A stretch of DNA of 64,000 bases. Source: Raja brachyura (taxonomy: Eukaryota). Position 1 is the stretch's first letter. The number at the start of each line of letters is the position of its first letter. The notes beneath the pieces were generated by a model. That model was not told the DNA's origin and did no database searches. It worked only from the letters and a program-made list of their open reading frames with translations. Shown here piece by piece: positions 36,533-48,572 of this stretch. A program made the position numbers and the translations under genes. Where the stretch lies: NCBI GenBank assembly GCA_963514005.1, contig OY740812.1, forward strand, positions 30,876,001 through 30,940,000, given 5' to 3'.

Positions 36533-37768
36533 ACTAGACTAAGTGGGACGCAATGGGTCCCAGCATCACACGGGAGGGCTGGTCCCCCAACGCAATATTC
36601 CACCTCTCCACCAATTCCAATATTGGTGGCCAGTGGGAAAGGGGGGGGGGGCTTTCTGGAGTGCTAGTATGGGTGTTGTGGGCTGAAGGGACTAGGTTCC
36701 AGAGGGCTAGTATGGGCATTGTGGGTTGAATGGATTTTTGGGCTGGCGGCTCAGTCACTCAAGCATGTTGTGCTGGCAGCTCATTCACGGCTGGTGGGCT
36801 GTCAGTTGACTCACGGCTATTCCCTGAAATTCCATTTCAAGCAGGGTGCAAGGCCACCAAATTCAAGTGCAGTTTCTTACTACTTCAAGCAGGTTGCAAG
36901 GCCACCAAATTCAAGTGCAGTTTCATACCATTTCAAGCAGGGTGCAAGGCCACTAAAGACAGCGAGTCCTGACCTGTCCCTCTTCCATCTTGCAGAGACT
37001 GAGCCACGCCCACGCTTCTGGGTTTTATAGTCCCTCCCCCCTCCCACCAGATGGCGTGATTGACAGGAGAATCTCAACACTTTTTAAACACTAATAACTC
37101 TTATTTTTCATCGAAGGGAAAAATCCTCAGCACCTGATGAGCAGAGTGGGACTGAGGAAGATGGCCAAAAATCACAGCCGTACGTGGTAGCGTTTTTTCA
37201 AAAAATAATATAAAGCACTAACAGGAAGTGGTCAAGATTAGACTTTGAATTGTATAGAAGGCAAGGCAACTTTAATTAGGCAACACAGCTTTAGCATTTC
37301 CAAACCAGAGGCAACACAGCTTTAGCATTTCCAAACCAAAGGCAAACCAGCTTTAGCATATCCAAACCAAAGGCAACACAGCTTTAGCATTTCCAAACTA
37401 TATTTTCAAGCCACATTAAGGGCACTGACAGGTCAGTAAAACCACTCACAGTTTAGTAGATATGTGTTCAGTGTTATTAACAGCTCAGACTGAGGGACAT
37501 GACCCTCTCGCTCCCCCATCTTGCAGAGACTGACTGAGGCACTGAACACTTCTGGGTTTTATAGTCCCTCATTGAGAATCTCAACATTTTTTAAACAGTA
37601 CTAACTCTTTTATTTTTAAACAATAGGATAAATCCTATTGTCCTGCGCAGTGGGGATGGGCTCTGAGTAAGATGGCAAAAAATCACAGCGTAAGTGGCAG
37701 TGATTTTTTTTAAATCAATGTACAGAACAACAGGAAGTGGTCAAGATCAGACTTTTTGTAATATAGAT
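36533..37768 (+). mobile_element. Non-autonomous Helentron/HINE-like element with internal minisatellites and duplicated 3' module
   Basis: Begins ACTAGACTAAGTGGGAC..GTCCC (small hairpin), ends ACAGGAAGTGGTCAAGAT...TATAGAT; same termini as 54036-55450; no TIR/TSD. The superfamily call is inference. Confidence 0.6.
37279..37398 (+). repeat. ~30-bp tandem repeat (GGCAACACAGCTTTAGCATTTCCAAACCAA) x4
   Basis: Directly visible tandem copies inside the 36533-37768 element. Confidence 0.9.
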
Positions 37769-37791
37769 AAGATAGTCTGATTATACAATAT

Positions 37792-38422
37792 GGGGGGCTA
37801 CCATCGACTCCACAGTTAAAAAGGCACAACAGAGGATGTACTTCCTACGGCAGCTGAGGAAGCACAATCTGCCACAGGCAAAGATGGTCCAATTCTACAC
37901 GGCCATCATAGAGTATGTTCTCACCTTCTCCATCATGGTCTGGTTTGGCTCAGCAACCAAGCACGACACCTGGAGTCGGCAGCGAATCGTCCGATCAGCA
38001 GAGAAGGTTATTGGCTGCAACCTTCCCTCCATTGATGAACTGTACACTGCAAGGGCAAGGAAGAGAGTGGGCTAGATCATCTCTGACCCCTCTCACCCTG
38101 GCCACAAACTCTTTGAATCACTGCCCTCTGGAAGGAGACTCCGGATTGTCAAAGCTGCCACAGCCAGACATAAAAACAGTTTTTTTCCACGGGTAGTTGC
38201 TCTATTCAACAGCCAAAAATCTGTAGCATCCCTTTGATCTTGAATATTGTAGGTTCACATGCTTGATCAATGGTGTTTTATCATTAATGTTTTATTATTA
38301 TTAATGTTTAGTGTTTTCTGAGTCATTCATAACTGTCACTGTATGTCACGTTGTTACTTGTGGGTTGAGCACCAACGCAAATTCCTTGTATGTGAATTCT
38401 TGGCCAATAAACTTACTTACTT
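37792..38422 (+). mobile_element. Rex1/Babar-type LINE 3' fragment
   Basis: ORF 37836-38075 'YFLRQLRK...FYTAIIEYVLTFSIMVWFG', followed by 'DPSHPGHKLF..LPSGRR'; tail AATAAAC(TTAC)n. Confidence 0.8.
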
Positions 38423-39651
38423 ATCAGAATTATAATGAATCCCAGGAATAAGGATTAAATTAAAAATTGCATCTATATTTTTTGCATATTTTCATCCTTT
38501 TCTCAGACATTAGTATGACTTTTCACCATTTAGGCTCAAAATCAAAGTATAATTATCTCTAAAAGATATTTTGAAACGTGTCTTAACGACATTCTCTGTA
38601 TTGCATAATTCTATTAAGCATGGATGAGCTAAAATATTCTATCTTACTTCAGTATTAAAACCCTTCTCTACAGCCTACAATTCTTGTGAACCAATTTGGT
38701 AAATTCCTTCCAGAATTTCCATCCAGAATTTCCATTTCAATTCTGCTGTTTCACATTAGAAGAAAAGGAGTTCCACAAACGAGTAGATTAGCTGCTTAAA
38801 CAAAAGCATCTCTGGAGAACATGAATAGAAGACACTTCATATCAGGATCCTTCTTCAGACTGAAGAAGTGCTGCCCGACTGCTGAGGTACTTCAGCACTT
38901 TTACCACTTTTTTTTTGTAAACCAGCATCTGCAGTTCCTGTGAATAAGATTAATGAGAGGCATAGAAAGGTTACTCAGTACCTTTTCCCAGAATGGAAAA
39001 AAAAACAAATACTATCGGCGATAGCTTAAAGGTGAGATGGGCAAAATTTCAAGGAGAAGTGCAGGGCAAGTTATTTTACACAGAGGCTGGAGTGTGCCTG
39101 GAATGTGATGGCAGGGTGGTGGATGGAGCAAGTACAATAGTGACAATCTAAGGGGCTTTTGGATAGGCATATTCACATGCAGGGAATGGAGGGATAAGGA
39201 TTATGTACAGGCAAGTGTGAGTTGGTGTTGGCATCATGTTTAGCACGGACATTGTGGGCCGAATGGCCTGTTCCTATGCAGCGCTGTTCTATGTTCTATG
39301 TCCTATATTTTTTAGCGCACTTACAATGATTTGCAAGTCCAAGTTTAATCTCACCCAGCAACAAATAAAGTGGATTAATGTAAATACTTTTTCACTTCCG
39401 ATGAGGTAACTGGTGAACTTTTGTCATCACATGATGATGTCACACTGCTAGTTGGGACTGGACAAAACATACAGGGGCAAAATAAATGCCCACTCAGGAC
39501 TTCTTAATCTGGAGATTTTATAGAAAGTCTTCACAAGCAACGAAACAGAAGCAGAACGATTTACTCTGTGTTAATGGCTGTCTTGTAAACTGGTAAAAGG
39601 AATGTACTGCAAAAAATGTTCCTACCTTCATTGACTGCCATGTAATTTGAG

Positions 39652-39667
39652 CCTGTAGGAGGCAGTG
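39652..39667 (+). promoter_or_regulatory. Candidate CTCF site CCTGTAGGAGGCAGTG
   Basis: Close match to the CTCF core consensus, in unique sequence 3' of CD79B. Motif match only. Confidence 0.35.
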
Positions 39668-42584
39668 TTTCATCATGAACTGGTAGCAAAAGTTTCAATG
39701 GCTGTTTTCAGTAAGTGGAAAATATTTGAATTTCTTCAACCCACAGTGTATCTTTGTCTTAAAATGAAACTGGGCAAAATGAATTAAAAGTTAATTATTG
39801 GTTGACATATTCTCACAGAGGTTTCTTAGAATGCTTAATATTTCTTTCCAGTGAAAACGTATTCTCACTGGGGCTTTAGCTTGGCTGGGAATGAAAGTGG
39901 TCTCTGGTATTGTATCCCTTCTGTTTATCCACATGTATCATATTGGGTGGAATATTTATAAGCGTTTTTATCTGCTAAAGGAATAACTGATGGTTATTCT
40001 TTTACTTAGGACTGTTGAAGCAGAAATTTATCAGAAAGCACTTTCACACCTATTGTTGTCTTTTGTTTAAATATCCTCACATAAATTGCCAGTGAAGGGT
40101 AACAGAACCTCTGCACTGAATGTCAAATTCACCTTGGATTGGTGGGACTAAAGTCTAGACTTTTACAGATGGTAAAGCTAGGTTTTACTTTAATTGATTG
40201 AAAGTAATCGGATAAAATCCCAATCCATCTCTTCTTGGGATGTTGCACGGACTATGAGTCAACATCAATTTATTAAGCCATGCAGAAAATTGGAAATGCA
40301 TGTTAGATGCTTGCCTGAAAGAGATTTCAGACACTCGGATAAAGCAAAGCAGCGACAACATATAAAACCTCATGCGTTGCTGGACATTAAAAAATGAACA
40401 GCTACCAGTGTTGACATCTCTTATCCCCTGCTGTAGATACTTGATAAAATGAAATATACTGGAACTTTATGAGGTTCAATGTTTTGTGTCAAGCAAACCC
40501 TCTACTAATTTGTGAAGAATTAATATATTCTGGTTCAGAGAGCGATGTCATTCAGAATAATATATATGTCTCTATACTGTATGTATACACTTGTCTTCCC
40601 AAGTGTAGCAACTTATTGTTCATATTCATTGTCATGGAATGTCAATTAGCAACCAGTAATCAAATTAAAACCTACAGGGATAGGTTAAGGGAAGACCATA
40701 AGACCAGTCAGTCTGACACAGTTTTCCATCTAGAAATGTTGCCTCCAGGAGATGTAAAACAAAATCTAATACTTTTTTTTTATAATTCCTGTGAAGCAAA
40801 TGCTTTATTTTAATTATCTTCCAATAGCATAAGATTTAAAAAACAGTGCGATTAGTTTAATGAAAACAAAAACAAACTTAGAAATGAAACAGTGTAATTT
40901 TTTCAATAATGTTTCTATTTATGTATTCTGTAGATAGTTGTGCTCATTTGTAACTCACAGTACATGCATCTGACGTATATAATATCCAACAAACATCAGT
41001 CAGAACTTTGGCTTGGCTAGAATTATAACTAAAATAACACTCTAGAATAATGCTCTAGAATATATGTGTTATAGCATCAAACGCAGGTGAAAAATGGCAG
41101 GAAAATTATCAAATTAATAGTTTTTGAGACATATCCTGATATTACCATCATCCATCAGAGATAACTAAGTACTATTCAGTATTGGAGATGCAATTTCTTC
41201 AATTCAAAAAGTTACAGGTGATTAAAATCTATGCACATCTGCATAAATTATTATTAAACTTAATGTTAGACAATAATATTTGAATAATCATGACATCTAA
41301 ATCAGTGTCAGGAGTAATATGCTGTTAATAAATGCACCAATCTACGAAAGCCAAAGCCCAAACAGAGTGCTGGAATCATCCAGCAGGTCAGGGAGAGAAC
41401 CAGAGCTGAAGTTTGAAGTCAATGATCCTTTATCTGAACACTAATAGTGTGTTTATGTTATAGAGTGAGTGTGATAGCGGAGAGAACAGAGAGAATGTCT
41501 ATGATAGCATGCAGAGCAAATAGGATGCAGGTGATGGGTGTTTGAAACAAACTGACAGAGGATGCAGTTGTGGCAGGTACCATAACAGCGTTTAAAAGAC
41601 ACTTTGACAGATACATGATTGGAAAGATTTAGAGAAACGCAAGCTGGTGTGGGAGTAGCTTCTTGGGGAAACTTGGATGAATTGAGCTGAAGGGCCTGGT
41701 TTCATACTGTATGCTCTATGAATTACTTTAAAATAGGTTATTGACTGAAATGGTTAAGTTCAATATTAAGATTTGAGAGCGCCAACCTGCACAGAAGCGG
41801 AGGAATGCATGATGCTGAATAGAGAATGGTCAGAATCGGAGTGAGACAGGAATTAAAGTTACAGTGAACTTCCAGGTAGGACTGTTTGTTATTATGGATG
41901 ATGGAATAAATGAAAAGTGGTTGCACGGGATATGGGTCATGCAAAGAGATTATTTGGTGGTGGAAGAAGAACAGACCAGAGAATTGTGGAAGGAACGGTC
42001 TCTTCAGAATAATGAATGAGGAGAGAATAAGATCTGTCTTGTGGTGGAATCTCATTTAAGGTGTGGGAGGTTTTTGAGAATGATCTATTGACTGTGGAGG
42101 CTAGAAGGGTAAAATTTGAAGACATGGCAAACTCCAAGTTTTTTGATGGGAGGAAAGGGAGTTAGAGTGGGTTGCTGGAGATGGAGGAGGAGCACTTGAG
42201 AGCCCTGACAACCATGGTGAAGAGGAAACCATGGTAAAGATAAAAGGACAGTGCCTTTTCAATGTTGAGGGTGAAAATCTTATTATCAGATCAAGTACAA
42301 TGAAGATGGAGAATCTGGGGGTACTAAATAATGTCCCCACAGGAAGCATGATTGGGAGGAGATGTAATTGAGACAGTGTTGGGAATTTGTGCACTTATAA
42401 TGGATATTGGTTGCCTACTTACAGTATTCCTTCGGATGTGATGACAAGGGAAGAAACAGGATGGACCATTTTGAGTTGAGAGTAAGGTTGAAATTGACAG
42501 TAAAGGTGATAAGATTTTCAAATTCTCTGATGAAGGCGGAAGGGTGGAAATTGGAAGCTGTGACTAGTAGTAGGATTCCATTGG

Positions 42585-43578
42585 AGGTGGCAAAAATGTC
42601 AGAGGATTATATTTTGTATGTGATGGCTGATGAAATGGAAGGTAAGGACTATGAGGACCCTGTCCCTGTTGCGACTTGGGGGATGGGGAGCAAGGGCGAA
42701 GCTGCGAGGTACTGAGGAGACAAGTGTGAGGGCCTCATCTATGATGGAAGAGTGGAACCCCCGTTCCCCAAAGAATGAGGATATCTCAGATGTCCTGATA
42801 TGGAACACCTCATCTTGGGTGCAGATGCGGCGTAGACGGAGGAATTGGGAGTAGGGGATAGAGTCTTTGCAGGAAGCAGGGTGGAAAGAAGTGTTGTCAA
42901 GATAGTTGTGGGCATCAGTGGGTTTGTAATAGACGTCAGTCGATGGTCTATCTCCTGCGATGGAGTCTGCTAGATCAAGAAATGGGAGAGAGGTGTCGGG
43001 TGGACCAAGTGAATTTGAGTGCAGGATGGCAATTAGTGATGAAGGTAATGAAGTCTATGAGATCTGCATGCGTGCAGGAAGTAGAACAGATGCAGTCGTC
43101 AATGTAACTGAGATAGAGTTCGGGGGTAAGGCCAGTGTACGGCTGGAACAAGGATTGTTCAACGTACCGTACAAAGAGGCAGGCACGGCTGAGACTCATG
43201 TGGGTGCCCATAGCTATGCCTTAGACTTGGAGGATGTGGGAGGAGTTGAAGGAGAAGTTGTTAAGGGTGAGGATCAGCTCCGCTAGGCGGAGGAGAGTTA
43301 GTAGAGAGAAATTGGCTGGTTCTGTGGTTGAGGAAGAAACGGAGGGGTTTAAGGCCTTCCTGGTGGGGGGTGGAGGTGTAGAGTGACTGACCGTTCATAG
43401 TAAAGATGAGGGAGTGGGTGCCCAGAAAGCGGAAGGCATTAAAGAGATGAATAGCATTTGAGGTATCTTGTACATAGGTCAGGAGAGATTGGACCAGGTG
43501 TATAGGGTGGAATTGAGGTATGTGGAAATGATTTCAGTGGGACAGGAGCAGGCGGAAACAATGGGTCTGCCAGGGCAC
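42585..43578 (-). mobile_element. Penelope-like element RT fragment
   Basis: Minus-strand ORFs 'MGTHM...ACLFVRYVEQSLF...LSYIDDCI' (42975-43211) and 42599-42808 homologous to the 52011/52598 ORFs. Confidence 0.87.
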
Positions 43579-43688
43579 CTTGTATCTTATTGCAGCTAAA
43601 GAGTAACTTTACTGGTGGAATTTTGTGTTGTTGATGGAGTTTCATAAAATTTAAGAAGTTAAGATGTGCATTGATTCAAGTTTTCAAG

Positions 43689-43858
43689 ATATGAAATAGA
43701 AATGAATGAATAGATAGTGGAGAACAGCCTCCACTGGGGGGGGGGCAAATCAAGTTATCAAATTGGGGAGCAAACCGCCAGGAGTGGTTAGGAAACATTT
43801 GTGGATGCTTAGGATGGTAAAAACTTGGAACTCGGCAAACAGCAATTGTTAATTTTAA
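43689..43858 (+). repeat. Left copy of 170-bp direct duplication flanking the second L1
   Basis: atatgaaatagaaat...gcaattgttaattttaa repeated at 48403-48572. Confidence 0.92.
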
Positions 43859-46800
43859 TTTCCCTTTAGAATTGCCACTGAAAAATGTAAATACATTGGA
43901 GTTTATGTGACTAGAAAATATACCTCTCTATTCCAAGCAAAATCTCCACCATTTATTACTAAATTAAATGCCCTTATTCAATTTTGGAAAACACTTCCTA
44001 TTTCCCTTATAGGTAGAGTAAATGCTACAAAGATGATTTTCCTCCCACAACTACTTTACCTATTTCAATCTATACCTATTTATCTCCCTAAAAGCTTTTT
44101 TAAAAAACTTGTCTCTGTGATTACAAACTTTATCTGGAATTATAAAACTCACAGAATTCACAAACGACATTTATGTAAACCTACAGAAAACAATGGATTG
44201 GCATTCCCCAATTTTATTTTCTAATACTGGGCAACTAATATTAAAAATTTAATCTACTGGATGGATGATACATGTCAACAAGTAAAATGGTTAAAAATGG
44301 AGAGGGAAGATTGTTCGCCTTTTAATATCGGCATGATTCTTCTTTCTCCAATACATCTGGGACTAGGGGAAAATAAATGGTCGGCATGGACTGGAAGGGC
44401 CGAGAAGACCTGTTTCCGTGCTGTAATTGTTATATGGTTATCTGAATAAATCAACGTATGAGAAAAATCCGATAATTCATGGCACCCTACGAATTTGGAA
44501 ACAGTTGAAATCAACTCTCAAATTGAGAAATTTTACTTCGGAGTCACGTGAGTGACTACGTGAAGACCCCGCCAGCACGCATACGTGACATATCGTCGAA
44601 TGCATTGCGAAGCAACAGGCAGGGAGGAGGGTCACTCCTCCGCCGGTAAGTTTAAAACGGACCTACAGGTGAGTATTTACTATCCTGAGGTCATTTTGCG
44701 GGCACTCTGTTGTGGTTTTTGTTACAGAGTACCCCACCATGGACAAGTCACGAACCAAGTCCAAACGGGCCGCTTCGAGACTGACTGCGGAGGACTGCAG
44801 GAACGCGGGCAGTCAGTAGTGGCCGACTTCTCCAGAGCTGCTTGTTGTTCAAACGGCAGCCCCCGACTTGCCGCCGCAACAGCCCGCAGGAGCACCTCGG
44901 ACTGGTGGCAAAGCCACCCAGAAGTCGGGAAAGCCCGTTGACTCGGCAGGGTCCGGGCTGGAAGATTCACCGCCCGCGGGAAGTGACGGCAGTCGATTAT
45001 CCGGCATGGAGCAGATGGTGGAGCAGTTGCTCCAACGTGACCTACTCCAGCAGGAGTCTGGTCACCGTGGGTCTCCTAACAGACCCACGGCAGCACCTTT
45101 TACAGGGCTGCCAAATGTCTCACCCTCTTCGCAGGGGAGCATAAGGAGTCAGGTCTGGGCTGACTCTGAAGAGGGGGATTTGGCAGAAGAATCCAACATC
45201 CTAGGGGTGCAAGAAGAGGAGCTACTCGGGATGGTGTCCAAGTTTGCGATGCCTTCACAGAAGGGACTGCCGTTGCAGCCACAGCTGACAGCCAGTATAA
45301 ATTACCTAACAACTCATCAGCTACAAGAACAGGCTTTGAACGACATGACAGCCAAATATCTAGCTCCAAAAAACTGCATCTCCCTCAATGTGCCTGCGGT
45401 AAATAACCCCATCTGGGGAAACATCGGTCCTGGCATCAGAAGCCAGGAAGTTAAAATGCAGAAACTACTGGCCTCTGGTATTACAGCTTTTGCCAGGTCA
45501 GTAGACGGGAAAGATATGTCGGAGGAGCAACAGGATTCCCTGGCACTCTTCTGTAATGTACAGTTTGAGATCAACTGTTTCAGGAAGAGTGTCACCCGAC
45601 CTACACTAAACCCAAAGTTTGCGAGGTTGTGTAGAACCAGCGGCGTACAGCTGCCTACTCTGTTGTTCGGGGACAACCTGCCCAAACAGGTAAAAGACCT
45701 CGAAGAAGAGGCAAAAGCCGTCGGCATGATTAAAGTGCCGGCCGCTACCAAGTCCTCATATACTCGGCGGCAGCACCGATACGCATCCACCAGCAGGCCG
45801 CGTTATCACAGGGAAAGAACAGCTGGTGAAAGCTTGAAGGCCGTACAACCTACACAAAAGTCTGTTTTAGGCCATGTCCCAGAACGGCCTTCCTAGAAGA
45901 TGCTCCAACCCCACACCACAACGCCTCCACCTCCCAGGAACCAAGGACGGAGAAAACCAACACAGCACCACTGGTAACCATGGAGGTAGGTTGGTCTGGT
46001 TGCCCTCGGAACATAGCATGTGTAACTTCTTCACAGGTTGGGGGAAGGTTACACTTGTTTAGGGCTGCATGGAGTTCTATAACTTCTGATCCTTTCATAC
46101 TGCTCAGTATTCAGGGATACAAAATTGAATTTGTTGAAAAACTCCTCCTTCCGGTTCAACATGCACCTAGCCGAAAGTTTGTGCTTTCACAAAAAGAGAA
46201 AGTGGAAGGTCATGCGGAACTGTTAAGACTACATACAAAAGGAGTAATTGAGAAAACCAAACATGAAGCTCTTGAGTTTGTATCAAACATCTTCACCAAA
46301 AACAAAAAAATGGTGGATGCCGCATCATTATTGATTTGACACAACTGAATACTTTTGTGCAGTACACCTACTTCAAAATGGAAACTTTTGTTACTGCCAA
46401 ACAATGAGTTTCCAAGGGGTACTTCATGGCTTGCATCGACCTAAAAATGCATATTACTCAATACCAAACGAGAAAGATCACCGCAGATATTTGAAATTTA
46501 TCTGGATGGGGCAGCTCTGGCAGTATAAAGCGCTGCCGAATGGATTAACATCAGCCCCCAGACTGTTTACTAAAATATTGAAACCAGCATTGGCGTTTCT
46601 TCGGAAACAAAAACATATTGTCGATGACATCCTAATTGTGGGGAAAACCCTGGAGTTGACCAAATTAGCTGTCTCAGCCACCAAGCTCCTAGTTCAAAAA
46701 TTGAGATTTATCATCCATCCGGACAAATTCAAGTCAATGCCTTCGGTGACTATGGACTATTTGGGGTTCACGATTGACTCTGTTCATATGTCTGTCTCTT

Positions 46801-48402
46801 TACCAAAGGACAAAGCAACAGACTTGACAGAGGCATGTAACAGCCTTGTTTGTGTCAGTAAACCATCTATTCAGCAAGTAGCCAGGGTAATTGGGAAGCT
46901 CGTGGCTGCCTTTCCAGCCACACAATTTGGACCCTTACATTACCAAAATCTACAAAGGGCCAAAATTGCAGCACTCAAACACCATGCTGGCCATTTTGGA
47001 ATTGCGATGGTGGATTAGCAATGTTCGACATTGCTCTAATCCCATCACAGTCACAAACCCTTATGCTCTGCCAGCGTTCACGGCTGGGGAGCAACCGATA
47101 CCACCTCCAGTTGCGGTGGTAGATGGAATGCACACGAGTTAACCTTACTTCAGACACTGGGTATCAATCATCTGGAGATGTTGGGAGCGTTTCACGGGCT
47201 TTGGGCTTACTGTTCAGGCATGCACCATCTGCATGTTCGCCTACAAATTGATAACACCACCGTGGTGGCATACATTAATCATATGGGTGGAATTAAGTCG
47301 ATATCTTATGATGAATTGGCCAATACAATCTGGCACTGGTGCATAGAAAGAAACATTTAAATATCAGCTACTTACCTTCCAAGTAAGCTCAATACAGTGG
47401 CGGACACCAGGTCACACATATTCAATGACAACACCGAATGGATGTTGGACAACCAGGTATTTACTGACATTGTAGCTCGGTATGGAATGCCAGATAACGA
47501 CTTTTTTGCATAATCACCAGATACCAGCATATGTTGCATGGGAACCAGACCCGGGGGCAGTAGCGATGGACGCTTTCTCGCTACACTGGGGGGATTTGTT
47601 TTTCTATACATTTCCCCCCTTCTGCCTCATCAGTCGGGTCTTGCGAAAAATTCACCAAGACTCCGCATCAGGTATTTTAGTAGTACCCGATTGGCCTACT
47701 CAGCCATGGTTCCCTGTGGTACTCGACATGGTCTCAGGACCATGTATTCCGATCTCCAAACGCCCGAGTTTGCAGGTACATCCTGTGACCGGAGAGAGTC
47801 CATGACCGAATGAACCTATTGGTTTGCAAGATATGAAAAGACCTCTCCTGGAATTTGGACTGTCGGACCGAACCATGAACATCATCGCAGCATCCTGCAG
47901 AGAGTCCACCAGGAAACAGCACCTCACCCATATTAAAAAATGGGAGGTATTTTGTACCAGGACAAACACTACTTACAACACAGCCACCATTACGGATGTG
48001 TTGGAGTTCCTGGCAAGTATACATTTTGATGAAGGCTTGAATTATAGTGCCATCAACTGGCACTATAACTCAAATTAAATCCGAAGCTACGATGGGTGAG
48101 GTGGAGGGGGGGATGGGGTGAGGTGAGGTGGAGGGGAAGGGGCAAGGTATATCTCCACGTCTTCTTTTCTTATTTCTTTTTCTTTCCGCTGCACTGCTTT
48201 GGTAGCTTAGGGTTGTTCGTTTCCATTTTATCTCTTCATTTTTTCTTTTCTTCTTTTCTTGCTTTCCCTTTTTTCTCTTTTCCCTTTAAAAAAAAATGTA
48301 GGTTATAAGGTTAAAAATGAAGCTGTACGATAATTGTATATTTGTCGATGCCGAGCGTTTTATCCTTATACAATTGCTTCTAATAATAATAAATAAATAA
48401 AT
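43859..48402 (+). mobile_element. 5'-truncated L1-clade LINE interrupted by a DIRS element (ORF2 part 43859-44530; 3' UTR/tail ~48057-48402)
   Basis: ORF 43907-44224 'LPISLIGRVNATKMIFLPQLLYLFQSIP...NFIWN...GLAFPNF'; (TAA)n/(TAAA)n tail at 48381-48402; flanked by a 170-bp direct duplication. Confidence 0.82.
44531..48056 (+). mobile_element. DIRS1-like tyrosine-recombinase retrotransposon, decayed and 3'-truncated (gag 44739-45896; RT/RNase H ~45980-47360; methyltransferase-like ~47400-47805; start of YR ~47824-48056)
   Basis: 5' end TTTTACTTCGGAGTCACGTGAGTGACTACG; RT motifs 'AYYSIP', 'QYKALPNGLTSAPRLFTK'; RNase H 'LQIDNTTVVAYINHMGG'; 'DAFSLHWG..FYTFPPF...LVVPDWPTQPWFP'; YR N-terminus 'RESTRKQHLTHIKKWEVFC...YSAIN'. 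Multiple frameshifts and stops. Confidence 0.9.
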
Positions 48403-48572
48403 ATATGAAATAGAAATTAATTAATAGATAGTGGGGAACAGCCTCCACTGGGGGTCCCAAATCAAGTTATCAAATTGGGGAGCAAACCGCCAGGAGTGAA
48501 GTTAGGAAACGCTTGTGGATGCTTAGGATGGTAAAAACTTGGAACTCGGCAAACAGCAATTGTTAATTTTAA
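48403..48572 (+). repeat. Right copy of 170-bp direct duplication flanking the second L1
   Basis: Begins right after the L1 tail; matches 43689-43858. Confidence 0.92.

Noticed and set aside
39698-39716. ATGGCTGTTTTCA|GTAAGT as a possible growth-hormone exon 1
   Set aside because: No upstream TATA box and no GH-like exon 2 or later exons recognisable downstream in the window.
44868-45896. 342-aa ORF, the longest in the window, as a host gene
   Set aside because: It lies inside the DIRS element directly before RT/RNase H and has an upstream in-frame stop after its real ATG; it is the element's gag-like ORF1.
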